Numbered from the stretch's first letter, positions 1-8,902 are shown. The stretch is DNA of 64,000 bases from a virus (IMGVR_UViG_3300042866_001263), one strand, 5' to 3'. Numbers and translations: made by a program. The notes: a model not told the origin generated them from the sequence alone.

Positions 1-114
1 TAGAGAAACTCTAATCGAGCAAGCAAAGCGTGAGATCATCGAGGCAGTTATGCCTAAAGGTGTCAAAGAAATTCAAGAAAAACTACCTATCAAACTACCT
101 ATCAAATTGTTCTG

Positions 115-318
115 ATGTATATTGCTAAGAGAGAAGGGTTTGCTGGAACCTGGGATTACTTCCAAGACAACGTAAATGACAGTCCCAAATGGACAAAGGA
201 TAAAGAGAAGGCACGTTTGTTTGCAACTCAAGACCAAGCGATGAAACATGCTAACCAGAGTGGTCTATATACTATAATTCTGGAAGTGGTAGATGGCACA
301 AGCACCAGCGAAGGATAA
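115..318 (+). CDS. hypothetical protein
   Basis: 67-aa ORF whose ATG overlaps the stop of the preceding partial ORF. Confidence 0.55.
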   Translation: MYIAKREGFAGTWDYFQDNVNDSPKWTKDKEKARLFATQDQAMKHANQSGLYTIILEVVDGTSTSEG

Positions 319-415
319 GCGTAAGGAAGAGAAAGATAACATATTTGTTGATATGTTATACAATCTTGTAGTATATCTTCCAGTAGTTATATTCTCTTGG
401 GTTGTGGATAAATTT

Positions 416-1282
416 TCAGATTGAGAACTTTGCAGATAGTTTTTTAGCAATCTTTTTGGCAGGGGCAAATAGAGGTTTAAATCTCTTTTGCCCTTCTTTT
501 GTAAATTTTTCTGAGATCACATCATCAATAATGATCTTGTTATCAATCTCATAGAGAGCATTGATTTCAACTTGATCACGAATATACTGCTCTACATTCT
601 CTACTTGATCTACAAGTTTTGTTCCAGTATCAGAGTATTCAAACACATCTATGTGTCCACTCTCTGCCATCACATAATGTAGAACTGGTTTAACATGTTT
701 GATCTTGAGTTTGAATTTGCTTTTGGTTGCTTCTTTTATAAGTGGCTCAGCAGCGTTCTTGAGGGTATTGAAGACCGTTGTAGCAGCCATGGTAGCAGCA
801 GTCGTTACAACTGCCACAGAACCCGCTGTGGCGATTAGGGATGGGTCTGGTAGATCGATCTTCAACCCAGCAACTGTAAATGCAGGAGTTATAGGTTCTG
901 TTGGAACCTCTATTTGGGGAGTTGTAGGTTGCGGTATTACCTGTTGAATAGAGGGGGGTAGATCTACTGGTTTAGGATCTGGAAGTCCTCTAGATTTTTC
1001 CTCCTTCTGCTCTTGTTCTTTTTGTTTATCTGCTCTTGCAGCAGCATCAAACTCTTCCTGTGTAGGAACATTGATGACTGGATACTTGATTGATGTATCT
1101 GGAGCTTGAAATACAGGTAATGCCAAACCACGAACAACTGGAACCTCTGTTGACCTAACAACTGGAGGATCTATTGTTGGGATAATAGATGGACCACCAA
1201 TGCCAATTTTTGGTATTCCATTGGCATTGTTTGATATATTGGCAATTCCGTTGGCATTACTTATTGGCGGTATGAGATCCAT
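416..1282 (-). CDS. conserved cyanophage hypothetical protein, Pro-rich, one hydrophobic segment
   Basis: 288-aa ORF, last gene of a 4-gene overlapping minus-strand cluster. Confidence 0.75.
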   Translation of the reverse strand: MDLIPPISNANGIANISNNANGIPKIGIGGPSIIPTIDPPVVRSTEVPVVRGLALPVFQAPDTSIKYPVINVPTQEEFDAAARADKQKEQEQKEEKSRGLPDPKPVDLPPSIQQVIPQPTTPQIEVPTEPITPAFTVAGLKIDLPDPSLIATAGSVAVVTTAATMAATTVFNTLKNAAEPLIKEATKSKFKLKIKHVKPVLHYVMAESGHIDVFEYSDTGTKLVDQVENVEQYIRDQVEINALYEIDNKIIIDDVISEKFTKEGQKRFKPLFAPAKKIAKKLSAKFSI

Positions 1283-1826
1283 TTGGATACCTCACAACTA
1301 CGTCGGCACATATCTTATAGTATGGACTGTCTGGATGAAATGTAACACCAGATTTGATTGCTTCGCCACACTTCAATAGTCTGACTAATTCAAAATCAAG
1401 TCTTGCCTTATCTGTTTCTGCTTTTTGTCTATCTATTTCTACCTTTGCTCTTGACTTACAAAGCTCCATTAGCATTCCATCTAAAGGTACGTTGATACCA
1501 GCAGAGATGCCCCAGTTATGATTTCTGGAAGGAAATGTCTCTGGATCATCACTAGCATTTCCACTTTGCAATACGAATGGAGATAGAGAAAATGTTGCCC
1601 CTTGACAACTCACTCCACCTCCATAAGTATTCAATGCGTATGGACCCTGTAAGACTTGAACTGCCTGATTGGTAACGTTTCCTGTAGCACTCGCACTCGG
1701 ACCAGCAATGTTAGTATTAGATGGAGCAGGAGTACTCTGAGCAAACGCACTACCAGACAATACTACTGCGTAAATACAGAGATTGATGTAGTAGTTGATT
1801 GTGTTTCTGTGCTGCGATCTATCCAT
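1257..1826 (-). CDS. hypothetical exported protein (signal peptide, Cys pairs, C-terminal coiled coil)
   Basis: AVVLSGSAFA|Q signal-peptidase-I-like site; true start may be downstream of 1826. Confidence 0.7.
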   Translation of the reverse strand: MDRSQHRNTINYYINLCIYAVVLSGSAFAQSTPAPSNTNIAGPSASATGNVTNQAVQVLQGPYALNTYGGGVSCQGATFSLSPFVLQSGNASDDPETFPSRNHNWGISAGINVPLDGMLMELCKSRAKVEIDRQKAETDKARLDFELVRLLKCGEAIKSGVTFHPDSPYYKICADVVVRYPNGSHTANK

Positions 1827-2122
1827 GTTTCTTTAGCCATTCCAGGTCCGAGGTAAGTTTCACTGAACTGGAATGGAGCACCTTGGTTCATGATACTATA
1901 GTTTGCTCCTTGTTGAGGAGTGCCAGGAATGTTAATATTAGTTCCAGTCACAGTATATGATGTGCCAGTTGTATATTCAACTTGACGAATTGTTTCTATT
2001 ACTTTTGTTGTTGATTCTGTGGTCGCATTGATTGTGCCCCTAGTGAAATTAGGCACAACACTTTCTGCTAGGGCAGGTGAAGAAAACCCTAGCAGGAATA
2101 AACCTGCTAGGATATATCTCAT
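1763..2122 (-). CDS. hypothetical exported protein
   Basis: MRYILAGLFLLGFSSPALA|E signal peptide; Thr-rich mature part. Confidence 0.75.
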   Translation of the reverse strand: MRYILAGLFLLGFSSPALAESVVPNFTRGTINATTESTTKVIETIRQVEYTTGTSYTVTGTNINIPGTPQQGANYSIMNQGAPFQFSETYLGPGMAKETWIDRSTETQSTTTSISVFTQ

Positions 2123-2580
2123 TTGAATACGCTCAGTTCAATACTACGTTGTGCAGTTGCGGTAGTTCCAGCACCACCAGCAGTTACAGTAGGAACACCA
2201 GTAGGTGATAATGTACCAGCAAGAGAACCCTTGTCCCCTGCTAACTGAGTAACACTATCTCCATAAAGGTTGGGAGAAGCAATAACTCCACCGTTAACGG
2301 ACTGAGTAGTGACTGGTGTATCTGCAGCATTGAAGCTTTCTGAGAAACTAAATGCTTGACCTGCTGTATTGATATCATAAGTTCCAGCACCATTTACTCC
2401 ACCAAAGGAGGTTGCTTGAACGTTTGTACCAGAAGCAGAATATGAAGCTCCAATTCGAGTTGATTGTACCGCAGCACCCTGAACGTTTAGTTGAACAGAG
2501 TCAGTAATTCTAGATGTAATTTCAGCAGCACTTACAGGAGTAACAAAGAATAACGAAAAGAGTAAAAGTGATCTTTTCAT
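2119..2580 (-). CDS. hypothetical exported protein
   Basis: MKRSLLLFSLFFVTPVSA|A signal peptide; Ser/Thr/Gly-rich mature part. Confidence 0.75.
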   Translation of the reverse strand: MKRSLLLFSLFFVTPVSAAEITSRITDSVQLNVQGAAVQSTRIGASYSASGTNVQATSFGGVNGAGTYDINTAGQAFSFSESFNAADTPVTTQSVNGGVIASPNLYGDSVTQLAGDKGSLAGTLSPTGVPTVTAGGAGTTATAQRSIELSVFK

Positions 2581-2602
2581 TGTTCTGTATTATTTGAGAC
2601 CA

Positions 2603-2613
2603 TATTTATTTAT
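2603..2613 (-). promoter_or_regulatory. T4-type late promoter (TAAATA) for the minus-strand cluster
   Basis: Reverse complement reads ATAAATAAATA about 25 nt upstream of the ATG at 2580. Confidence 0.55.
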
Positions 2614-2626
2614 CCCGACAAGGAGC

Positions 2627-2655
2627 TTGACATTCCTTTACATTTCCTATATACT
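2627..2655 (+). promoter_or_regulatory. sigma70-type promoter with overlapping HLR1 (RpaB)-like direct repeat
   Basis: TTGACA(2627)-17 nt-TATACT(2650); TTGACATT-CC-TTTACATT at 2627-2644. Confidence 0.7.
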
Positions 2656-2681
2656 ATTGTTGTAAATCGTTACAAAACGAA

Positions 2682-2876
2682 ATGACTGTTACTACCAATG
2701 ATCGTGGGCAACAGAATATGTGGGCGCAAGAACCTACTATGTACTACGAAAACTACGGGATGGATACTCCCAACCAAGTAAAGGAGAAATATAATGGACG
2801 CTGGGCTATGGTCGGCATTGTTGCTGGTGCTCTTTCTTATGCTCTCACAGGTAAACTCTTCTTCGGCATCTTCTGA
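2682..2876 (+). CDS. hli: high-light-inducible protein (HLIP)
   Basis: EKYNGRWAMVG chlorophyll-binding motif followed by a TM helix. Confidence 0.9.
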   Translation: MTVTTNDRGQQNMWAQEPTMYYENYGMDTPNQVKEKYNGRWAMVGIVAGALSYALTGKLFFGIF

Positions 2877-2962
2877 TGACTGAAGGTTTTTGGACCCTGA
2901 CAACAGTTGCCTTTCTTGTGCTTCTGTGCTATTCTATTGAGAAAGTTACCGAAACTTACTAA
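2876..2962 (+). CDS. 28-aa single-TM peptide
   Basis: [28 protein letters not shown]; start and stop overlap the hli stop and petF start. Confidence 0.55.
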   Translation: MTEGFWTLTTVAFLVLLCYSIEKVTETY

Positions 2963-3255
2963 TGACTGTTTACAACGTTACGCTTCAAACCCCTGATGGA
3001 TCCGAAACGACTATCCAATGTCCTGAAGATCAATATATTCTCGACGCTGCTGAAGAAGCTGGCGTTGATCTACCTTCCAGTTGCCGTGCTGGTGCTTGCT
3101 CTGCTTGTGCTGGCAAACTGATCAGTGGTAGTGTAGACAATTCAGAGCAATCATATCTTGATGATGACCAAATGGAAGATGGTTGGGTGCTCACTTGTGT
3201 GGCATATCCTACTAGCGACTGTGTGATCTTGACCGAACAAGAAGAAAACCTGTGA
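2962..3255 (+). CDS. petF: plant-type [2Fe-2S] ferredoxin
   Basis: [13 protein letters not shown]...VLTC motif. Confidence 0.97.
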   Translation: MTVYNVTLQTPDGSETTIQCPEDQYILDAAEEAGVDLPSSCRAGACSACAGKLISGSVDNSEQSYLDDDQMEDGWVLTCVAYPTSDCVILTEQEENL

Positions 3256-3461
3256 TGACAACTGGTGATATGTTAGGGCAACTCAGTATTGCCCTTCAAG
3301 AATTGGTAGAGAGTGGTGCTTGGACTAACGGACAAGATCTGGAAGTCAAGATTGCTGGCACACTCAAGAGTGACAAATTTATTGTTATCAAACCTATCAA
3401 AGAAAAACTTATTTGTAACCTTAATCCTGAACTGAAACAACAACATGACCCGAGTACCTGA
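3252..3461 (+). CDS. hypothetical protein
   Basis: 69-aa ORF coupled to petF by GTGATG overlap. Confidence 0.65.
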   Translation: MMTTGDMLGQLSIALQELVESGAWTNGQDLEVKIAGTLKSDKFIVIKPIKEKLICNLNPELKQQHDPST

Positions 3462-3969
3462 AGTATCTTTTAGAGACCGTCGCCCTTGCTACAATGGTGA
3501 CTATGATTGGTATAACCTTACTACATCTGAAATCTTTGATCAAAAACGTGTGGTTGTGTTTGCTCTGCCTGGAGCATTCACTCCTACCTGTAGCACTTTT
3601 CAACTGCCTGGTTATGATCTAGCATTCAACGAATTCAAGGCACTTGGTATTGATGAAGTGTGGTGTCTGTCTGTGAATGATGCCTTCGTAATGAACGCAT
3701 GGTTCAAATCACAGGACATTCAAAATGTCAAACCTATTCCTGATGGTAGTGGAGACTTTACCTATTCTATGGGTATGTCAGTTGCCAAGTGTAATCTTGG
3801 ATTTGGTTATCGTTCATGGCGTTATGCTATGATTGTGAATGATGGTGAAATTGAAATGATGTTCGAAGAACCTGGAAAAGTCGGAAATTGTCCGATTGAC
3901 CCTTACTCTGTGAGCAGTCCAGAGAATGTACTTGAATACCTCAAAAACACTTATACGAAGGAGAACTAA
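3445..3969 (+). CDS. peroxiredoxin (Prx5/type II-like)
   Basis: VVVFALPGAFTPTCS peroxidatic motif, SVNDAFVMNAW, RSWRYAMIV. Confidence 0.93.
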   Translation: MTRVPEVSFRDRRPCYNGDYDWYNLTTSEIFDQKRVVVFALPGAFTPTCSTFQLPGYDLAFNEFKALGIDEVWCLSVNDAFVMNAWFKSQDIQNVKPIPDGSGDFTYSMGMSVAKCNLGFGYRSWRYAMIVNDGEIEMMFEEPGKVGNCPIDPYSVSSPENVLEYLKNTYTKEN

Positions 3970-3970
3970 A

Positions 3971-4090
3971 ATGAAATTTGGATTTACCCCCGAGGCAGAG
4001 ATCCTCAATGCTCGTCTGGCTATGCTTGGTTTTGTAATTGCTGTTGGCACTTACTTCACCACTGGGCAGCTAATCCCTGGAGTGTGGTGA
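3971..4090 (+). CDS. hli: high-light-inducible protein (HLIP), 39 aa
   Basis: Manual translation MKFGFTPEAEILNARLAMLGFVIAVGTYFTTGQLIPGVW. Confidence 0.9.
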   Translation: MKFGFTPEAEILNARLAMLGFVIAVGTYFTTGQLIPGVW

Positions 4091-4100
4091 TAAATAAATC

Positions 4101-4159
4101 AAATATCGTCGCCGCTGGGGCGTCCTCTGCCAACTCACAGAGGATGCCCCATTTTTTTT
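4101..4159 (+). terminator. 13-bp hairpin plus U-tract (terminator; possible small RNA/PhotoRC-II-like element)
   Basis: GGGGCGTCCTCTG(4117-4129)/CAGAGGATGCCCC(4138-4150) then T8; TAAATA at 4091. Confidence 0.7.
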
Positions 4160-4184
4160 AGGTAAAAATACCTGACTTTGGGGC

Positions 4185-4219
4185 TTGACAGGTCTGAGGG
4201 GCAGGGGTTATAATAAATA
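4185..4219 (+). promoter_or_regulatory. psbA promoter: sigma70 -35/-10 with overlapping late TAAATA box
   Basis: TTGACA 4185, TATAAT 4209 (18-nt spacer), AATAAATA 4212-4219. Confidence 0.75.
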
Positions 4220-4296
4220 GGTAAACAAATGTTACGGATCTCTCATAATTCGTTACAAATGTTTTCTTACATGTAAACCTTACTGTCTTACTAACT

Positions 4297-5376
4297 ATGA
4301 CTGCTACTCTCGCTCAACAGCGACAAAGCAATACGTGGGAACAGTTCTGCGAGTGGGTCACCAGTACCGATAACCGCCTTTATGTTGGTTGGTTCGGAAC
4401 CCTGATGATCCCTACTCTTCTCGCTGCTACTATCTGTTTCATCGTTGCGTTTATCGCTGCTCCTCCTGTCGATATCGACGGTATCCGTGAACCTGTTGCT
4501 GGTTCTCTAATGTACGGTAATAACATCATCTCTGGTGCTGTTATTCCTTCCAGCAACGCTATCGGACTTCACTTCTATCCTATCTGGGAAGCTGCCTCTC
4601 TTGATGAGTGGCTATATAATGGCGGACCATTCCAACTGGTGGTCTTCCACTTTCTGATTGGCATTTATGCTTACATGGGTCGTGAATGGGAATTGTCTTA
4701 CCGACTGGGTATGCGTCCTTGGATTTGTGTTGCCTACTCTGCACCCGTTGCTGCTGCTAGCGCAGTGTTTCTGGTCTATCCCTTCGGTCAGGGATCCTTC
4801 TCTGATGCGATGCCTCTGGGGATTTCGGGAACTTTCAACTACATGCTTGTTTTCCAGGCAGAACACAACATTCTTATGCATCCTTTCCACATGCTGGGAG
4901 TTGCTGGTGTCTTCGGTGGTTCTCTTTTCTCTGCTATGCACGGATCTCTGGTCACCTCTAGTCTCGTTCGTGAAACCACAGAAAACGAATCCCAGAACTA
5001 CGGATACAAGTTTGGACAAGAAGAAGAGACCTACAATATCGTAGCTGCTCATGGTTATTTTGGTCGCCTGATCTTCCAATACGCTTCGTTCAATAACTCT
5101 CGTTCACTGCACTTCTTCCTTGCTGCATGGCCTGTAGTTGGCATCTGGTTCACTGCTCTTGGTGTTAGCACCATGGCATTCAACCTCAACGGTTTCAACT
5201 TCAACCAGTCCCTGCTTGATAGTCAGGGTCGTGTGCTCAACACTTGGGCAGATGTTCTGAACCGTGCTGGACTTGGTATGGAAGTGATGCATGAGCGCAA
5301 CGCTCACAACTTTCCTCTCGACCTTGCTGCTGCTGAGAACACGCCTGTTGCTCTCACTGCACCTGCAATCGGTTGA
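4297..5376 (+). CDS. psbA: photosystem II D1 protein
   Basis: Full-length D1 ([16 protein letters not shown]); uninterrupted. Confidence 0.99.
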   Translation: MTATLAQQRQSNTWEQFCEWVTSTDNRLYVGWFGTLMIPTLLAATICFIVAFIAAPPVDIDGIREPVAGSLMYGNNIISGAVIPSSNAIGLHFYPIWEAASLDEWLYNGGPFQLVVFHFLIGIYAYMGREWELSYRLGMRPWICVAYSAPVAAASAVFLVYPFGQGSFSDAMPLGISGTFNYMLVFQAEHNILMHPFHMLGVAGVFGGSLFSAMHGSLVTSSLVRETTENESQNYGYKFGQEEETYNIVAAHGYFGRLIFQYASFNNSRSLHFFLAAWPVVGIWFTALGVSTMAFNLNGFNFNQSLLDSQGRVLNTWADVLNRAGLGMEVMHERNAHNFPLDLAAAENTPVALTAPAIG

Positions 5377-5397
5377 TCTAAAAAAACAAATCATCAG

Positions 5398-5419
5398 GGG
5401 GTCTTCGGACCCCTTTTTT
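5398..5419 (+). terminator. rho-independent terminator
   Basis: GGGGTC-TTCG-GACCCC-T6. Confidence 0.85.
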
Positions 5420-5433
5420 AATCAGGAGGTATA

Positions 5434-6495
5434 ATGGTTTCATCTACGCTTTCACAACCTATTTCGCAGAGAGGATGGTTCGATGTCTTGGATGACTGGC
5501 TTAAACGAGATCGCTTTGTATTTGTGGGCTGGTCTGGACTTCTTCTTTTTCCCACTGCTTATCTGGCCCTTGGTGGCTGGCTTACTGGCACAACGTTTGT
5601 TACCAGTTGGTACACCCACGGGTTGGCGTCTTCTTACCTTGAGGGTGCTAATTTCCTCACGGCAGCTGTGTCTACGCCTGCAGACGCTATGGGTCATTCT
5701 CTTCTTCTACTTTGGGGTCCTGAAGCTCAAGGAGATATTGTCAGGTGGTTCCAACTTGGGGGACTATGGCCTTTCGTGGCACTCCACGGGGCTTTCGCTC
5801 TAATTGGTTTTATGCTTCGTCAGTTTGAGATCGCCCGTCTTGTAGGCATCCGTCCTTATAATGCAATCGCATTCTCTGGTCCTATTGCAGTATTTGTTTC
5901 TGTATTCTTGATGTATCCTCTGGGACAATCCAGTTGGTTCTTCGCTCCTTCCTTTGGAGTGGCAGCGATCTTCAGGTTCCTTCTGTTCCTTCAGGGTTTC
6001 CACAACTGGACCCTTAATCCCTTCCATATGATGGGGGTTGCTGGTATTCTGGGTGGTGCGCTGCTCTGTGCCATTCATGGAGCAACTGTAGAGAATACTT
6101 TATTTGAAGATAGTGAACAAGCAAATACATTCAAAGCATTTGAACCTACACAAGAGGAAGAGACTTACTCGATGGTTACTGCAAACCGCTTCTGGTCACA
6201 GATTTTTGGTATCGCTTTTAGTAATAAGCGTTGGTTGCATTTCTTCATGCTTTTCGTTCCCGTTATGGGTCTTTGGACCTCTTCTATTGGTATTATTGGT
6301 CTGGCTCTCAATCTTCGTGCTTACGATTTCGTAAGTCAAGAGATCCGAGCAGCAGAAGATCCTGAGTTCGAAACCTTCTACACCAAGAACATTCTGTTGA
6401 ATGAAGGTCTCCGTGCTTGGATGGCGCCAGTAGATCAACCACACGAACAGTTTGTATTTCCTGAAGAAGTGTTGCCCCGAGGTAATGCTCTATGA
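5434..6495 (+). CDS. psbD: photosystem II D2 protein
   Basis: Full-length D2 ending [10 protein letters not shown]; AGGAGG RBS. Confidence 0.99.
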   Translation: MVSSTLSQPISQRGWFDVLDDWLKRDRFVFVGWSGLLLFPTAYLALGGWLTGTTFVTSWYTHGLASSYLEGANFLTAAVSTPADAMGHSLLLLWGPEAQGDIVRWFQLGGLWPFVALHGAFALIGFMLRQFEIARLVGIRPYNAIAFSGPIAVFVSVFLMYPLGQSSWFFAPSFGVAAIFRFLLFLQGFHNWTLNPFHMMGVAGILGGALLCAIHGATVENTLFEDSEQANTFKAFEPTQEEETYSMVTANRFWSQIFGIAFSNKRWLHFFMLFVPVMGLWTSSIGIIGLALNLRAYDFVSQEIRAAEDPEFETFYTKNILLNEGLRAWMAPVDQPHEQFVFPEEVLPRGNAL

Positions 6496-6503
6496 TATAA
6501 TGG

Positions 6504-6526
6504 GGGTCGAAAGACCCTCTTTTTTT
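6504..6526 (+). terminator. rho-independent terminator overlapping a downstream promoter
   Basis: GGGTC-GAAA-GACCC then T-tract; TATAAT at 6496 immediately upstream. Confidence 0.75.
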
Positions 6527-6646
6527 ATGTCTCACAATACTGAATACGAAAAGATGCCCGTGTGGGTAATCTGGGCAGGTGTAGGTATGATGGTATTTAC
6601 AATACTTTGCTTTGTCCTATTAACTGTTGGAATGATCTATGATTGA
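6527..6646 (+). CDS. 39-aa single-TM protein
   Basis: MSHNTEYEKMPVWVIWAGVGMMVFTILCFVLLTVGMIYD; start trimmed from track ORF 6452. Confidence 0.6.
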   Translation: MSHNTEYEKMPVWVIWAGVGMMVFTILCFVLLTVGMIYD

Positions 6647-6684
6647 GAGGGTACACAACTTAAAAATTTATTGGAATTGAAAAA

Positions 6685-7728
6685 ATGAGAGTTGGATTGA
6701 TTGGACTAGGACGAATGGGTGAAGGAATGTCTCGTCGTATGATGAAGGCAGGAATTGAAGTCTGGGGTTATCGAAGAAACTATGAAAAAGCACAAGAAGC
6801 ATTTGAAAACGGATATGTTAATGGTATTGCAGATACTATACAAAGCCTTGTTCAAGTAGTAAAACATGTTCAGAGTGGAGTATCTGACAAATATGGTCCA
6901 GGAATTTTTCAAATGGTTGTGCCAGCAGAAAATGTAGAGGAGACGATTAATGAGTTACTACGATATTGTGGTGAAGGAGATATTATTATTGATCATGGCA
7001 ATAGCAATTTTAAGGACAGTCGGAAGAGAGCAGAACGTCTGGCAAAAATGGGTATCCAATATATTGATTGTGGCACTAGCGGCGGTGTTTATGGTCTGGA
7101 TCGTGGATACTGTCTTATGGTTGGAGGTGGAGATACTGCAGTCGCCACTTGTAAAAGCATTTTTAATGCCCTCTCCCCAGGAATTACCGCTGCCCCCAGG
7201 ACTCAATTTGACACACTCGTAACTCCTGCTGAATATGGATGGTTGCATTGTGGTGGTCCAGGCGCAGGACACTTTGTAAAGATGGTGCATAATGGTATTG
7301 AGTATGGTATGATGCAGGCATACGCAGAAGGATTTAACATTATTAATAATGCAAATGCAGGTGCAAAGTATGTCAGCGAAGGAGATGCAGAGGTCGCCCC
7401 TATGGCAGATCCAGAAAGTTACTGCTATGATATTAACGTTGCTGAGGTTGCTGAGCTATGGCGTCGTGGTAGCGTTGTTGGTAGTTGGTTACTTGACCTT
7501 ACCGCTGATGTTCTACGGAATGATGGTCAACTTAAACGCTTCTCTGGTGGGGTATCCGACAGTGGTGAGGGTCGTTGGACTGTTTCTGCCGCTGTGGACC
7601 TTGGTGTACCCGCTCCTGTCATTACTACTGCCCTTTACGAAAGATTTAATAGTCGCAATCTGGGTACTTTCGCAGCCAAAGTTTTAAACGGAATGCGTTA
7701 TATGTTTGGTGGGCATCATGTTAGGTAA
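6685..7728 (+). CDS. gnd: 6-phosphogluconate dehydrogenase (short, decarboxylating)
   Basis: GLIGLGRMG Rossmann motif, DCGTSGG, GHFVKMVHNGIEYG. Confidence 0.97.
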   Translation: MRVGLIGLGRMGEGMSRRMMKAGIEVWGYRRNYEKAQEAFENGYVNGIADTIQSLVQVVKHVQSGVSDKYGPGIFQMVVPAENVEETINELLRYCGEGDIIIDHGNSNFKDSRKRAERLAKMGIQYIDCGTSGGVYGLDRGYCLMVGGGDTAVATCKSIFNALSPGITAAPRTQFDTLVTPAEYGWLHCGGPGAGHFVKMVHNGIEYGMMQAYAEGFNIINNANAGAKYVSEGDAEVAPMADPESYCYDINVAEVAELWRRGSVVGSWLLDLTADVLRNDGQLKRFSGGVSDSGEGRWTVSAAVDLGVPAPVITTALYERFNSRNLGTFAAKVLNGMRYMFGGHHVR

Positions 7729-7734
7729 TCTAAC

Positions 7735-7787
7735 TTGACAAGTCAAATTAAACCTGATAAACTGGGGGTCAAAAGACCCTCTTTTTT
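7735..7787 (+). promoter_or_regulatory. sigma70 promoter fused to the gnd terminator hairpin
   Basis: TTGACA 7735-17 nt-TAAACT 7758; GGGTC-AAAA-GACCC plus T-tract. Confidence 0.7.
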
Positions 7788-8039
7788 ATGGAAATTATTG
7801 CTTACACTACACCAGGATGTTTCTACTGTGATCAACTAAAAGAACTTTTTAAGCGAGCAGATGTAGAATATCAGACGGTGGTAATTCAATCGGAACAAGA
7901 ACGAGAACAGTTTAGAAAAGACTTTCCTAGGGCTGGAGGATACCCATATGTCTTAGCTGATGGTAAACATGTTGGAGGTTTAGTTGAAACTGCAAAATTA
8001 TTTTTGGAAAAGGGTTTAGTATCATCAAATAAAAAATGA
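7788..8039 (+). CDS. glutaredoxin-like protein
   Basis: YTTPGCFYC, YPYVLADGKHVGG. Confidence 0.9.
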   Translation: MEIIAYTTPGCFYCDQLKELFKRADVEYQTVVIQSEQEREQFRKDFPRAGGYPYVLADGKHVGGLVETAKLFLEKGLVSSNKK

Positions 8040-8203
8040 AAGATTTGAAAATAAATAGAGGTATCGAACTCATGCTTAGGGGGGAGAGACCGAAGGTAAA
8101 AGAAAACCAAGACAAAGGTTTTTCAATCAGTAAATTTTTTTCTCTCCTAAAAAGAAAAGTCTACTTCAACTTGGAACTTAGGTGGAGCAAAGAAGATCAG
8201 TAG
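8036..8203 (+). CDS. hypothetical protein (55 aa)
   Basis: Manual translation MKDLKINRGIELMLRG...; ATGA overlap with the grx stop. Confidence 0.55.
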   Translation: MKDLKINRGIELMLRGERPKVKENQDKGFSISKFFSLLKRKVYFNLELRWSKEDQ

Positions 8204-8217
8204 TTCGGAGTTGAACA

Positions 8218-8445
8218 ATGGCACAGGCAACAATCGTTTACTTTTCAGCAACAGTTTCATTTATCTTTCTGTGTGTTGGAATTATTGCTGGATGGACGGC
8301 AAACGAGAAGCTACATGAGTTCATGTATCGTGGAGAAGTAGAAGAAAGACTTCATCCAGAAATGTATGATGAAGATGGACAATGGATCAACGAGGAACTA
8401 TTATCAGTTCGTTTCGTAGATGAGGACGAATACGACGACGAATAA
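8218..8445 (+). CDS. hypothetical membrane protein
   Basis: N-terminal TM, acidic tail HPEMYDEDG. Confidence 0.7.
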   Translation: MAQATIVYFSATVSFIFLCVGIIAGWTANEKLHEFMYRGEVEERLHPEMYDEDGQWINEELLSVRFVDEDEYDDE

Positions 8446-8470
8446 ATACACTTACGATATGATTTAAATC

Positions 8471-8902
8471 ATGCAATTATTACTCAATGAAGTGCTACAA
8501 AAAGTAAGCAACGCAAAAACAAAACCCGAAAAAGTTAAACTTCTTCAGGAATATAATACCCCAGCACTCAGACAAATTCTGATTGCTAATTTTGATGAGA
8601 GTATTGTATCCATGCTGCCCGAAGGCGAACCTCCATACACCCCCAACGAGGCGCCAGAGGAGACGGAACACACCCGTCTAGTGCATGAGTACCGTAAACT
8701 CTATCTCTTCTTCAAGGGCGGCGCAAACATCTCACAGAGCCGTCGTGAAACTCTTTTTGTTCAACTGCTTGAGGGTTTACAGAAAGGTGAAGCTGAAGTT
8801 CTATGTCTCATGAAAGACAAGAAGATTGGTAAGCGTTGGAAGATCACCAAGCAGTGTGTAGAAGAAGCTTTCCCACAAATTCAGTGGGGGAATAGAAGTT
8901 GA
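8471..8902 (+). CDS. conserved T4-like cyanophage hypothetical protein
   Basis: 143-aa ORF after TAAATA at 8443. Confidence 0.8.
   Translation: MQLLLNEVLQKVSNAKTKPEKVKLLQEYNTPALRQILIANFDESIVSMLPEGEPPYTPNEAPEETEHTRLVHEYRKLYLFFKGGANISQSRRETLFVQLLEGLQKGEAEVLCLMKDKKIGKRWKITKQCVEEAFPQIQWGNRS

Noticed and set aside
80-103. 12-bp tandem repeat AAACTACCTATC x2
   Set aside because: It encodes KLPIKLPI at the end of a partial ORF; a trivial in-frame duplication
2661-2674. TGTA...TACA near the hli promoter as an NtcA box
   Set aside because: The spacer is N6, not N8; it fits an HLR1-like repeat better
4612-6444. Several 75-155-aa alternative-frame or antisense ORFs in psbA and psbD
   Set aside because: Typical shadows of highly biased genes; no RBS or motif support
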